Source: Gammaproteobacteria bacterium (GTDB lineage Bacteria > Pseudomonadota > Gammaproteobacteria > JAUHZG01). Taken from it: 52,780 nt of DNA. This document shows positions 20,581-30,974 of this stretch, in pieces; positions within the stretch are counted from its first letter, which is position 1, and each line of letters begins with the position of its first letter. The stretch is from assembly GCA_030425845.1 (NCBI GenBank), contig JAUHZG010000001.1:1-52780 (forward strand). Reading direction: 5' to 3'. The notes below the pieces were generated by a model, which did not search any database, was not told the DNA's origin, and saw only the letters and a program-made list of their open reading frames with translations. The position numbers and the translations under genes are program-made.

Positions 20581-20650
20581 AATTTAGTCTAGCCTATCAA
20601 CTTGAAACGCAGCAAAGAGCCCATATCCTCCGTTGGAAACGGGTAAAGCT

Positions 20651-20733
20651 ATACGATACCATCATATAGAAACCAGCATAAATATACGATACTATCGTAT
20701 AGAAATATGCTAAAATAGTCGATACTATCGTAT
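20651..20733. repeat. Three 17-bp palindromic boxes at exact 33-bp spacing (operator/iteron-like array)
   Basis: Boxes start at 20651 (ATACGATACCATCATAT), 20684 (ATACGATACTATCGTAT, a perfect palindrome extendable to 19 bp at 20683-20701) and 20717 (AGTCGATACTATCGTAT). Outer boxes are 15/17 identical to the central one. A TAAAAT -10-like hexamer sits between boxes 2 and 3. Confidence 0.75.
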
Positions 20734-20754
20734 GAATGTGCTTATGGAGACGAA

Positions 20755-21085
20755 ATGTCGCTTAACTCATTGTTTTATCAATATAATCCTTGGTGGGAAG
20801 ATGCTGCCCATTTAAAGGGTACTTATTGCTGCAGAGCGATTTTTACTCCTATCCTTGAATCATTAGAAAGTCTTTGAACCTCGTTACGTAAATATAGAAA
20901 ATAACGAAATTGATTTCATCGTTGGTGACACCTTAATCGAAGTGAAATACCACCGCAACATTGAAGGTAAACAACGCGAATGCTTCGAAAAATTCGACTC
21001 AAAATATAAATTTGTCATTCAATCTTATGCCGATATAAAAGAAGTGACCGCCCACCTTAAGTCAGAAGCTGAGACTAAACTGTAA
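20755..21085 (+). pseudogene. Remnant of an AAA_14/DUF4143-type ATPase gene (internal deletion plus frameshift)
   Basis: 20755-20877 encodes MSLNSLFYQYNPWWEDAAHLKG...*, the typical N-terminus of this family. A +1-shifted frame (about 20867-21085) encodes ...NNEIDFIVGDTLIEVKYHRN...*, the typical extreme C-terminus. The whole P-loop domain (roughly 250 aa) is missing. Confidence 0.6.
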
Positions 21086-21950
21086 CCGAGAGCGCTTGCT
21101 CTAACTGCCTTGCCGCGACTGAAAAATCTTCGTCAATGGTGCGAAAACAACTATCTACCTCAGCTTTCCCTTGTTTAGTTACAACAAACAGAGGCACCTC
21201 TAACTGCCTGTCCAAGTCTAAGTATTGCTGCTTGACAGCTTCGTCTGGTACGCCATAAAGAACAGCTGCTACCGCACCACTCTGTGATAATGTTAGGGGT
21301 AGTTCCTCCAACGGAGCATTAGCCCCAAGGTTAATAGGATGAAAACCTCTAGGGATGATAAACAAACCAAACAACAAGGTTCCCAAGTCATGTTGCTCGC
21401 CAGGCAAACAGCATAAAACTATTTTCTTACCGTAAGCCTGACTAAGGAGATGGTTGTAGCGAGCGCCGATTTTATTGCGAATAAATACCGAAAAAAAATG
21501 CTCATGATGTACCCCAATCTTACACTCAGCCCACCGACTCCCTAAGCGGTGTTGCAAAGGAATGATGATCTGACTAGTTACCACATCTATCGAATAAATC
21601 GACATCAACTCGCTATAGATCTTATCTAGCGTATAAGTATCAAAACGATGGACGGCCTCGTCAAGCTGATCAATTGCTCGGCTCCAGGTATCACTTGGCG
21701 CGCGCTTAGGATCTAAATTGTTGGACTCTTTATCGAAATAATTGTTCACTTGAGAAATAGGGATCCCTTGGCGTGTTAAGCTGACTATCTGTTTGATTCT
21801 ATCTATCTCGCTTTCTGTATAGAGCCGATGTCCAGAGTCGGTACGTACAGGTTTTATGATCCCATGTCGTCGTTCCCAGGCACGCAAAGTCACTTCTTTC
21901 ACACCTGTCTTCTCCACAACCGATTGAATTTTATATAGTTTTTCGTTCAT
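21075..21950 (-). CDS. CarH/LitR-family MerR-type transcription regulator with cobalamin-binding domain (putative B12-dependent photoreceptor)
   Basis: N-terminal MerR HTH (YKIQSVVEKTGVKEVTLRAWERRHGI). W140-x9-E150-H151 (WAECKIGVHHEH) and E185-x-H187-x-x-G190 (EQHDLG) reproduce the Wx9EH and ExHxxG cobalamin-ligand motifs of CarH with the expected spacing. Confidence 0.75.
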   Translation of the reverse strand: MNEKLYKIQSVVEKTGVKEVTLRAWERRHGIIKPVRTDSGHRLYTESEIDRIKQIVSLTRQGIPISQVNNYFDKESNNLDPKRAPSDTWSRAIDQLDEAVHRFDTYTLDKIYSELMSIYSIDVVTSQIIIPLQHRLGSRWAECKIGVHHEHFFSVFIRNKIGARYNHLLSQAYGKKIVLCCLPGEQHDLGTLLFGLFIIPRGFHPINLGANAPLEELPLTLSQSGAVAAVLYGVPDEAVKQQYLDLDRQLEVPLFVVTKQGKAEVDSCFRTIDEDFSVAARQLEQALSVTV

Positions 21951-22065
21951 AAGTCCTCACAAAGCCAAGGCCTAACAGTGTAAACCAATACAAGACGTAT
22001 AGATATTTGAATTATTTGTACTGGTATAGTATAGTTTTGTGTATAGTATTTGTAAAGGGGTTATT

Positions 22066-22503
22066 ATGAGCTTAAGCGACACATTTCTCTCTGCTTTCAA
22101 TCGCGCAACAAGTGATGGTCTCGATGAGCTACTTGCACTTTACGCTAACAACTGTGTTTTCATCGATCCTTTTCATCACCTCGAAGGTGTGCACGCACTA
22201 CGTGATTATTTCACCCAGATGTACGCCAATGTCACTTCATGTCAATTTGAAAAGATTCGACTCATAGAACAAAGCAACCAATTTTGCCTGGTCTGGGCAA
22301 TGCATTTGGCCCATCCTAAACTCGCCAAAGGTGAGCGATACAACGTTAGCGGTAACTCAGTGGTGGAATATATCGATCAAAAAATAATCTTCCACCAAGA
22401 TTACTACGATGCAGGTGAAATGCTCTACGAAAAACTACCCCTCTTTGGTAGTGCTGTCCGACTAATCAAATCTAAGGTAGGACAGCATGAAGCTAGAAAA
22501 TAA
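22066..22503 (+). CDS. SnoaL/NTF2-like small protein
   Basis: The ATG at 22066 follows an AAAGGGG RBS, so the GTG at 22039 is unlikely. It is about 145 aa with alpha+beta cone-like sequence. It overlaps the next gene by 17 nt, which suggests an operon. Confidence 0.55.
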   Translation: MSLSDTFLSAFNRATSDGLDELLALYANNCVFIDPFHHLEGVHALRDYFTQMYANVTSCQFEKIRLIEQSNQFCLVWAMHLAHPKLAKGERYNVSGNSVVEYIDQKIIFHQDYYDAGEMLYEKLPLFGSAVRLIKSKVGQHEARK

Positions 22504-23242
22504 AGTAATATGGCTTACTGGTGCCAGCCAGGGCATTGGCTATGAGCTCGCCAAACAGCTATTTGATCGAAATAATACTCTCATTGTTACCGCCAGACAC
22601 ACAGAGACACTTGAAGAGCTTGCGAGTCATTTTCCTCATGAAAAAATTATCATCAAGTCAGGAGATGTGAGTAAGCGTGAAGCCAATGAACGAATCGTCA
22701 GCGAAATCAAACATGAATTTGCTGTGATCGATACGATGATCTTAAACGCGGGTACCTGTGTGTATATCGATGCAGATGACTTCTCCTCTGAAAAATTTAT
22801 TCACAATATTCAAACTAACCTCATTAGTGCCTCTTACGCGATTGAATTTGCTTTGCCATTATTAAAACAGTCATTGCAACCACATATAATTGCCATCGCA
22901 AGCTCTGCGGCATATTTACCTTTACCTAGAGCCAGTGGTTATGGCGCAAGTAAAGCGGCACTTGCTTATATGATGGAATCACTCGCTGTAGAGCTCTCTC
23001 AACAAGGGATCACGCTTTCAACGGTTTACCCAGGTTTTGTAAAAACGCCATTAACCGATAAAAACGATTTCCCCATGCCATTTCGAATCACTGCCAGCAA
23101 TGCTGCGAAACGTATCCTTCAAGCCTGTGATAAAGGTAAGGCGCATGTTCATTTTCCCAAACGCTTTACCTTGCCGCTCAAAATCATAGGGGCTCTTCCC
23201 TATACCATAAGACAATGGTTAGCCACTAAGACAGTGAGGTAG
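22487..23242 (+). CDS. Short-chain dehydrogenase/reductase (SDR)
   Basis: TGASQGIG cofactor motif and YGASKAAL (YxxxK) catalytic motif. Confidence 0.85.
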   Translation: MKLENKVIWLTGASQGIGYELAKQLFDRNNTLIVTARHTETLEELASHFPHEKIIIKSGDVSKREANERIVSEIKHEFAVIDTMILNAGTCVYIDADDFSSEKFIHNIQTNLISASYAIEFALPLLKQSLQPHIIAIASSAAYLPLPRASGYGASKAALAYMMESLAVELSQQGITLSTVYPGFVKTPLTDKNDFPMPFRITASNAAKRILQACDKGKAHVHFPKRFTLPLKIIGALPYTIRQWLATKTVR

Positions 23243-23245
23243 ACG

Positions 23246-24511
23246 ATGAAAATTGCGATCATAGGCAGCGGAATTTCAGGGCTTACCTGTGCACACTCAC
23301 TGTACCAGTCTCATGAGGTCAGTCTGTTCGAAGCTAATGATTATTTTGGAGGACATACTAGCACTAAGCTGATTGAATATCAGGGAGAAACGCACAACAT
23401 CGATACTGGCTTCATTGTTTTCAACAAAAAAACCTATCCCAATTTTGTCAAACTACTCGATTCGCTTAAGGTTGCGTACCAACCAAGTGAGATGAGCTTC
23501 AGTCTGCACTGTCCGTTAACTGGGTTTGAATACAACGGCAGTTCTCTCAATCACCTTTTCGTCCAGCGGCGTAATTTAATTAACCTTAGTTTCTATCGCC
23601 TGCTGTATGATATTTATCGATTTAATACTCTCGCTAAGCATGCCGTCGAGAATAAAACGCTGAGTAACACCCAATCTTTGCAAAGCTTTTTGCATGAACA
23701 TCAATTGAGTGGCCGCTTCGCCAAGCACTATCTTATCCCTATGGCCGCTGCGATTTGGACCACACCACAAGCTGACATTCTCGATTTTCCTATCAAATTC
23801 TTGACTGAGTTTTATTACAATCACGGTCTGCTGAATGTTATCGATCGACCACAGTGGTATGTGATTAAAGGTGGTTCCAAAACCTATGTAGAGGCACTAC
23901 TTGCACAGACATACTGCAAAAAATACTTAAGTACGCCTGTCGATCAAGTTATTCGTCACGCAAACGGTGTAACGCTCAAAGTAGCAGGGAAGTCACTTGA
24001 TTTTGATAAGGTGATCATCGCAACCCATAGCGATCAAGCGCTCGCGATGCTAGCCTCACCTAGCGAAATGGAAAAGTCTATTTTATCAGGCATTCGATAC
24101 TCACCAAACGATGTGATCTTACATACCGATACTGCCGTTATGCCTAAAAGACGCAAAGCTTTTGCCAGTTGGAATTATTACTTAGCCCCCCAAGAGACGG
24201 GTAGCGCTTCACTTTCCTACTATATGAATCGGTTACAAGGACTAGACAGTCAAACCGATTTCATCGTCTCCGTCAACCAGAGACACCTTATCCATCCGAA
24301 TAAGATATTAGGCGAGTATCGCTACTCGCACCCCCTACTAAACCAAGAGGCTTCCGTCGCTCAGCGACGCTATGAAGAAATAAATGGTAAGCAACACACC
24401 TTCTACTGTGGTGCTTACTGGCGTTACGGTTTTCATGAGGATGGGGTGTATAGTGCGCTACGCGTACTCGAATCAATCGCCGCAATAGCAGAGGAGCAAG
24501 TGCATGCATAG
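23246..24511 (+). CDS. NAD(P)/FAD-binding amine-oxidase-like oxidoreductase
   Basis: MKIAIIGSGISGLTCA dinucleotide-binding N-terminus. 421 aa. C-terminal YCGAYWRYGFHEDG is typical of the family found next to DUF1365. Confidence 0.8.
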   Translation: MKIAIIGSGISGLTCAHSLYQSHEVSLFEANDYFGGHTSTKLIEYQGETHNIDTGFIVFNKKTYPNFVKLLDSLKVAYQPSEMSFSLHCPLTGFEYNGSSLNHLFVQRRNLINLSFYRLLYDIYRFNTLAKHAVENKTLSNTQSLQSFLHEHQLSGRFAKHYLIPMAAAIWTTPQADILDFPIKFLTEFYYNHGLLNVIDRPQWYVIKGGSKTYVEALLAQTYCKKYLSTPVDQVIRHANGVTLKVAGKSLDFDKVIIATHSDQALAMLASPSEMEKSILSGIRYSPNDVILHTDTAVMPKRRKAFASWNYYLAPQETGSASLSYYMNRLQGLDSQTDFIVSVNQRHLIHPNKILGEYRYSHPLLNQEASVAQRRYEEINGKQHTFYCGAYWRYGFHEDGVYSALRVLESIAAIAEEQVHA

Positions 24512-25259
24512 TGCGCTTTATCAAGGTTATGTGACGCATCAGCGATTTACGCCTAAAGGTCATCGTTTTTCCTATCAATTGTATATGCTCTATCTCGATC
24601 TCGATGAAATAGAGAGTTTAAGTCGGCGTTTCTGGTTCTTTTCGTTAACACGTTTCAATATCTGCCGATTTAAGCGAGAAGATTATTTGGGAGATCCGAA
24701 AAAAAATTTACAGGAATGTGTGCGCGAGCTTGTCACCGATAAGACTGGGCATTACCCCAGTGGCCCCATTCGCCTTCTTACGCATTGTCGATTACTGGGT
24801 TATTGCTTCAATCCGATAAACTTCTATTATATCTTCGATGAAAAAGATGAAAATGTCCGTCATATCATCGCCGAGGTTAACAACACACCCTGGGGAGAAA
24901 AAACTGTTTATTTCCTCAATGATGTTAAAGAAAGTTCCGCTTTTCGTGCCTATGCCGATAAAGCACTCCATGTATCGCCCTTCATGCAGATGGATCATCG
25001 ATACCAGTTCGATATGTCCCAACCTGAAGAGATCTTAAAGGCTCAAATCGAAAATCACAAAGACGAGAGGTTACTATTTAAAGCAACCTTGTTTCTAACT
25101 CGTCTTCGCTTTAGCGGAAAAAATTATTTCAAACTTAATGCCGCCATCCCGCTGGTGACCATTAAGATCCTCGTTGGAATTTATTGGGAAGCGTTGCGTT
25201 TGTGGCTAAAAGGGATCCCCTTTGTGTCGCACCCAGCAACGCAAAATAAGAAAAAATAA
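24504..25259 (+). CDS. DUF1365-family protein
   Basis: ALYQGYVTHQRFTPKGHRFSYQLYMLYLDLDE is the characteristic DUF1365 N-terminus. 8-nt overlap with the upstream oxidase gene. Confidence 0.75.
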   Translation: MHSALYQGYVTHQRFTPKGHRFSYQLYMLYLDLDEIESLSRRFWFFSLTRFNICRFKREDYLGDPKKNLQECVRELVTDKTGHYPSGPIRLLTHCRLLGYCFNPINFYYIFDEKDENVRHIIAEVNNTPWGEKTVYFLNDVKESSAFRAYADKALHVSPFMQMDHRYQFDMSQPEEILKAQIENHKDERLLFKATLFLTRLRFSGKNYFKLNAAIPLVTIKILVGIYWEALRLWLKGIPFVSHPATQNKKK

Positions 25260-25271
25260 AAAGGAGCAATC

Positions 25272-26507
25272 ATGTTTAAAACTGACTCTACTGTGCCTAC
25301 AACTGCCTCGACTCCCTTTATTGCTGCGACTTATCGAAAAGTGCTATTTAATTTACTGGCAAAAGCTATTCATGGCAGCTTAATCGTAAGAGATCCCGCT
25401 GGCAGTCACTACTTTGGTGATACTGGGAGTTCACTTGCAAACACGATTATGCTTACTATTGAAGACTTTGACGTGTACCAATCCTTTGTTCTAGGAGGAG
25501 GTTTGGGCGCAGCCAAGACCTATATAGAAGGACGTTGGCACACGGATTCACTTGTCAACTTGTTTGAGTTTTTTTTGAAAAACAAGAACTTAATGAATCG
25601 CTTCGATTTTATCAACAAGATCATTGATTCCTTTTCACATTGGTTAATCCGCCTATCCACTAAAAACAGTCAGAAGGGTAGTCGGCAAAACATTCAAGCC
25701 CATTATGATCTGAGTAATGATTTTTTCAACTTATTCTTAGACAGCACAAAAATGTATTCTTGTGCGATATTCGAATCAAACGATGAACCGTTGCTGCGTG
25801 CTTCTCACCGTAAGCTAGATGCAATCTGCCAGTCATTAGCTATCTCGCCTAACGACCATATCCTTGAAATCGGTACCGGTTGGGGAGGATTTGCCATACA
25901 TGCCGCGGTCAATTATGGCTGTCATGTGACAACCACCACTATTTCAAAAGAGCAATATGCATATACTAGATCACGTATTGATGAACTACAGCTGAACGAT
26001 AAAATCACACTGTTGTTTGACGATTACCGTGATCTGTCGGGAGAGTTTGATAAATTAGTCTCCATCGAAATGATCGAAGCGGTGGGTCATGAGTACTATC
26101 CTGCCTTTTTTAAGCAATGTAACAACTTACTCAAGCCTGGCGGCAAAGCGCTGATACAGGCTATCACGATACAGGATAAAGAGTTCAACGCTTATAAAAA
26201 TAGCGTGGACTTTATCAAAAAGTATATTTTCCCCGGCGGCTGCCTGCCCAGTGTGAATGAAATATTAAACGTCACCTCCAAGCATACGTCATTAAACTTA
26301 TCTGGCTTACGAGACATTGGGTTGCATTATGCAACCACGCTTGCCAAGTGGCGTGAAGCTTTTTTAGCAAACCTTCCTAAAGTTAAAGCATTAGGTTTTG
26401 ATGACGAGTTCATCCGCTGTTGGGATTATTACTTTTGCTATTGTGAAGCAGGGTTTCGCCAACGTTATATCAGTACTGCGCATTTGATATTTGACAGAAT
26501 TGATTAG
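25272..26507 (+). CDS. Cyclopropane-fatty-acyl-phospholipid synthase-family SAM methyltransferase
   Basis: HYDLSNDFFNLFLDSTKMYSCAIF and ILEIGTGWGGFA (SAM motif I) match the CMAS family. Confidence 0.85.
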   Translation: MFKTDSTVPTTASTPFIAATYRKVLFNLLAKAIHGSLIVRDPAGSHYFGDTGSSLANTIMLTIEDFDVYQSFVLGGGLGAAKTYIEGRWHTDSLVNLFEFFLKNKNLMNRFDFINKIIDSFSHWLIRLSTKNSQKGSRQNIQAHYDLSNDFFNLFLDSTKMYSCAIFESNDEPLLRASHRKLDAICQSLAISPNDHILEIGTGWGGFAIHAAVNYGCHVTTTTISKEQYAYTRSRIDELQLNDKITLLFDDYRDLSGEFDKLVSIEMIEAVGHEYYPAFFKQCNNLLKPGGKALIQAITIQDKEFNAYKNSVDFIKKYIFPGGCLPSVNEILNVTSKHTSLNLSGLRDIGLHYATTLAKWREAFLANLPKVKALGFDDEFIRCWDYYFCYCEAGFRQRYISTAHLIFDRID

Positions 26508-26981
26508 TAGAAGACACATAAATAAAAAGCTTACTCTTTTGGAAACTAAGATACGTGAGCAACTTTAGTATTATTCAGGCAAATTTTTGGCTGCTTGAAA
26601 ACCAGAGGTAAAGAATGAGCCCCTCATAATCGTCTCGTCAAAACGGGACTTCATTTAGTGCTCTAAGAATATGTTAAAGCGCTCGGTTTGTTCAATCAAG
26701 CGGTGCAAAGTGGACTCAAGCTTATTTTACACGGACAGGTTTCGGCTGGCCTCATCGAAAAAAAGTCATTACTATCATAAAGTTAGCGGCTGGCTGACCA
26801 CTAATACCTATCGACTTTCCCCTCTTGTCGACAGGTATCTTCGCTAACATAGTTCAATTATGCTTTTCTTAGATTGCACAAAGGCTCTTTATAAGAGCTC
26901 ACTTGTACAGTAACGATAGAGCCCGCAAAGCGAAGTGCGAAGCTCAACTATAAATATGCATTCAAGGAAGGTAAGAAGTTT

Positions 26982-27572
26982 ATGAAACAAATAGCAATGG
27001 TTGATAATTCAGGTTTACAAGCACCATTCGATGATAGTTTGGTGGTCTCATTTGCTCCGCTGGAAGAGTCCGGACTCACAGTCATTCACGAACCAGAGCA
27101 TTACATGCAGTATTACCGTGGTGATGGGCGTACTGACGTCTCCACACCAGTTTTCATTCAAGACAGTAAACAAGAGTGGTATCTTAATCCTAAGTACTTA
27201 GATTCTAAAAACTATGCTGCTATTAAGGCCAAAGAAATACGCGATCTGTTAGCCAACATCACCGCCGGCTTAGTACTCACCCTCGCCGCTGGTAGCCCTA
27301 TTATCAAGCAAGATAGGAACATGAAAAGCAGCTGGTTAATTCAAAACGTTGCCGGTCTTATAGGGGAACTACACATTACCAAGAACGGGGGTACAGCAGA
27401 CTCTGATTTTGTTGAAAAAGATATCGTTCCGATTAACTTAGAGCTTCCTGCGGGTACTATCTACACGCTCGAAGATGACAACTACAATAAAGCACCAAGT
27501 TTCTCTGCCCCAATGGAGAATCCGGTTGATAAGCGATTCGCCAATAAGGAACCGGCGTTAGAAGAAGCCTAA
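26982..27572 (+). CDS. Hypothetical protein, 196 aa, no recognised family
   Basis: Clean ORF with a GGAAGG RBS about 10 nt upstream. It has one central hydrophobic stretch (ITAGLVLTLAAGSPII). It is preceded by a 474-bp non-coding gap. Confidence 0.5.
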   Translation: MKQIAMVDNSGLQAPFDDSLVVSFAPLEESGLTVIHEPEHYMQYYRGDGRTDVSTPVFIQDSKQEWYLNPKYLDSKNYAAIKAKEIRDLLANITAGLVLTLAAGSPIIKQDRNMKSSWLIQNVAGLIGELHITKNGGTADSDFVEKDIVPINLELPAGTIYTLEDDNYNKAPSFSAPMENPVDKRFANKEPALEEA

Positions 27573-28052
27573 TAAAATTCTTAACTCACCAACCCTCCCT
27601 TAGATTAATGCACATCATCAATGCCACCGTCATTCTAAGGGGGCTGTTCTTTCCCCTCTAGCAACCCTATGAACTGCACGTATAGGTATAATCATTACTA
27701 CTCCCTTTCCCTGTAAAACGACCTGGTACAGGATTTCTTCAATTGTTTTTTTTACTAAGAAGTCCGTTAATCACAAATTTATAATTTGCTTCTTTAAATT
27801 TTTTCATAAGTCATCTCTACGCTTTCGCCAATTTAGTTTCCTCTTAAGTATAGTCAAAGAAGAAAATCTATACAGACGAATAATGCAGCTCGTTATTTTC
27901 ATCAAGGAGTTAAGAATTAGCTTGAGATTTTTAATTCAGATCATCCTAACTACACCTATCGATTAACACCAATAATCTATATATATATTTGAGTCACCCA
28001 CCTCTCTATGATACCCACATTGGTTAAGTTGAATTTGTTCGGGGAATTTTCT

Positions 28053-28199
28053 ATGCATCAAATCACAAAAACACTCGTACGAGCCATCGTCTTTATGAGT
28101 TCATGTTTGTCATTGTCTGATGCCGTGAAAGTTGAAGCGTTCTCTACGCCTACCACTGCGCATCCTCGTCCAGCAGCGCAAAGACACCACCCATATTAA
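28053..28199 (+). CDS. Possible small secreted peptide (48 aa precursor)
   Basis: The ATG at 28053 follows a GGGGA RBS. MHQITKTLVRAIVFMSSCLSLSDA looks like a Sec signal peptide. The ORF ends 14 nt before the next gene. It is short, so coding status is uncertain. Confidence 0.3.
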   Translation: MHQITKTLVRAIVFMSSCLSLSDAVKVEAFSTPTTAHPRPAAQRHHPY

Positions 28200-28213
28200 T
28201 ATATAGGCACATC

Positions 28214-28885
28214 ATGAGACAAAATAATCAACCCCTTCACTTATTTGCAAACTTAGTTATCTCCTTTTGGACTATTGCCGGTGTTTTTGCGTGCTTTGTC
28301 AACTTTTTTGCTATCTCGGACTATCAACCACCCAATGATGAAGAAATGTGTGACGATATTTCAACCTGGCTGGACAAGGGTAACTGCACTGACGATACGA
28401 GAAGCTGTGTCAGCATGCTACAAGACGATGACAACAATATCAGAATGGATTTTCAGACGTTCAGCATCGTCTCTTTAGTCTTCTCTGTCACTAGCCTGCT
28501 CTATGCCAGTTACCAGTTCCTGCAACTCTCCTCAGAGCTGAGCCAGGAAGAACGCTTCCCCTTAAATCAACAGAATACGCAGGATGAAGAAGTGGGAGCA
28601 GCAGAAGAAGGAACCGAGCTAATAACATTACATAATAGCAGCACTTATGGTAGCACAAGCAGCCCTACGGCTAGTCAACAGGCTCCCAGCCACGAACAAA
28701 CAAGTAAACGTGATTGGACTAAGACTAGGTTAAAATACTATAAGAGCATCATATTGATGAATGCCGTTTACGTTGTTTGTGCTTGCGCCAGCTTAATTAT
28801 AACAGAGCAGTTAACACCGCTGAGCGAGCAGGGGGCCAGAAAGATTTGTGAAGACGCTTGCACTGCGAATTCGTTTACTTGTTAA
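28214..28885 (+). CDS. Hypothetical 3-TM membrane protein with Cys/Asp-rich loop and Ser/Thr/Gln-rich linker
   Basis: 223-aa ORF with three clear hydrophobic segments, an acidic Cys-containing loop (DEEMCDDISTWLDKGNCTDDTRSC) and a C-terminal CEDACTANSFTC. No family recognised. Confidence 0.55.
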   Translation: MRQNNQPLHLFANLVISFWTIAGVFACFVNFFAISDYQPPNDEEMCDDISTWLDKGNCTDDTRSCVSMLQDDDNNIRMDFQTFSIVSLVFSVTSLLYASYQFLQLSSELSQEERFPLNQQNTQDEEVGAAEEGTELITLHNSSTYGSTSSPTASQQAPSHEQTSKRDWTKTRLKYYKSIILMNAVYVVCACASLIITEQLTPLSEQGARKICEDACTANSFTC

Positions 28886-28912
28886 TTGATGGTAACCGGC
28901 CATTGCTTTGAT

Positions 28913-28943
28913 GGATCACGCCCTGTGGGCTAATCCTCCCTAC
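28913..28943 (-). repeat. Short dispersed intergenic repeat, copy B (inverted relative to copy A)
   Basis: GGATCACGCCCTGTGGGCTAATCCTCCCTAC aligns to the reverse complement of 9493-9525. Confidence 0.6.
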
Positions 28944-29088
28944 GACTGTCTAGCGATCACGATACCGGAAGGGTGCGAGGAGTGAGGCAAGGTCGTTTGG
29001 TTTTTTCGCGAAAAGGAGCGCAGCGTACGATTAGTACATGAGCACTTTGAGTGGGAAAGAAAAAGCGAGATTGCCCAAAGCTGGGCGT

Positions 29089-29523
29089 TTACCCCTTTTT
29101 GTGTTTACGCAGAGACTTAATCGCTCTCAACTGGGCCAGAGCTTGCGCCAGTTCCGCACGCGCTTTGGCGTGATCAAACTCAGACTTACTATCTTGCAGT
29201 AGCTTTTCACTACGTTCTTTGGCTTGTTTGGCTTTGGCTTCATCGAGATCTTCGGCGCGAGTTGCGATATCGGTCAAGACAGTAACCGTCTCGGGTTGCA
29301 CTTCGAGAGTTCCCCCAGACACATAGATCACTTCTTCTTCATCGCTCTCTGGCAATTGAATGCGAACTTGCCCTGGCTTTAGTGAGGTTAGCAGAGGCAA
29401 GTGACGCGGCATGATGCCAAGCTCACCGTCATGCCCGGGGGCAATCACGCGTAGCGCTTTACCTGAGTAAACTTGTGACTCAGCACTAACGATTTCTAAT
29501 TGTAAGCTATGGGCATCACTCAT
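29089..29523 (-). CDS. atpC: F1 ATP synthase epsilon subunit
   Basis: LQLEIVSAE...GELGIMPRH pattern. The ATG at 29523 has an AAGGTGAG RBS. It is the last gene of the atp operon. Confidence 0.9.
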   Translation of the reverse strand: MSDAHSLQLEIVSAESQVYSGKALRVIAPGHDGELGIMPRHLPLLTSLKPGQVRIQLPESDEEEVIYVSGGTLEVQPETVTVLTDIATRAEDLDEAKAKQAKERSEKLLQDSKSEFDHAKARAELAQALAQLRAIKSLRKHKKG

Positions 29524-29551
29524 GATCACTCACCTTTGCTTTTGGCATTTA

Positions 29552-30955
<1,404 letters not shown>

Positions 30956-30974
30956 TTAAATTAACTCAATAAAA

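Noticed and set aside
20651-20733. Possible mini-CRISPR array
   Set aside because: There are only three units, each 33 bp long. The 'spacers' (16 nt) are partly similar to each other. The repeats are palindromic operator-like boxes and no cas genes are present.
21075-21950. Interpretation of the MerR-family gene as a heavy-metal or redox (MerR/CueR/SoxR-type) sensor
   Set aside because: There is no C-terminal Cys metal-binding cluster. Instead the C-terminal two-thirds carry the Wx9EH and ExHxxG cobalamin motifs of CarH/LitR.
26508-26981. tRNA, IS or integrase remnant in the 474-bp gene-free gap after the CFA-synthase-like gene
   Set aside because: No cloverleaf-compatible sequence, terminal inverted repeats or recognisable transposase or integrase peptide appears in any frame. 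I saw only a short imperfect hairpin.
29073-29086. Rho-independent terminator directly after atpC (GCCCA-GCTT-TGGGC on the minus strand)
   Set aside because: The stem is only 5 bp and the T-run starts 8 nt downstream. That is too weak to call with confidence.
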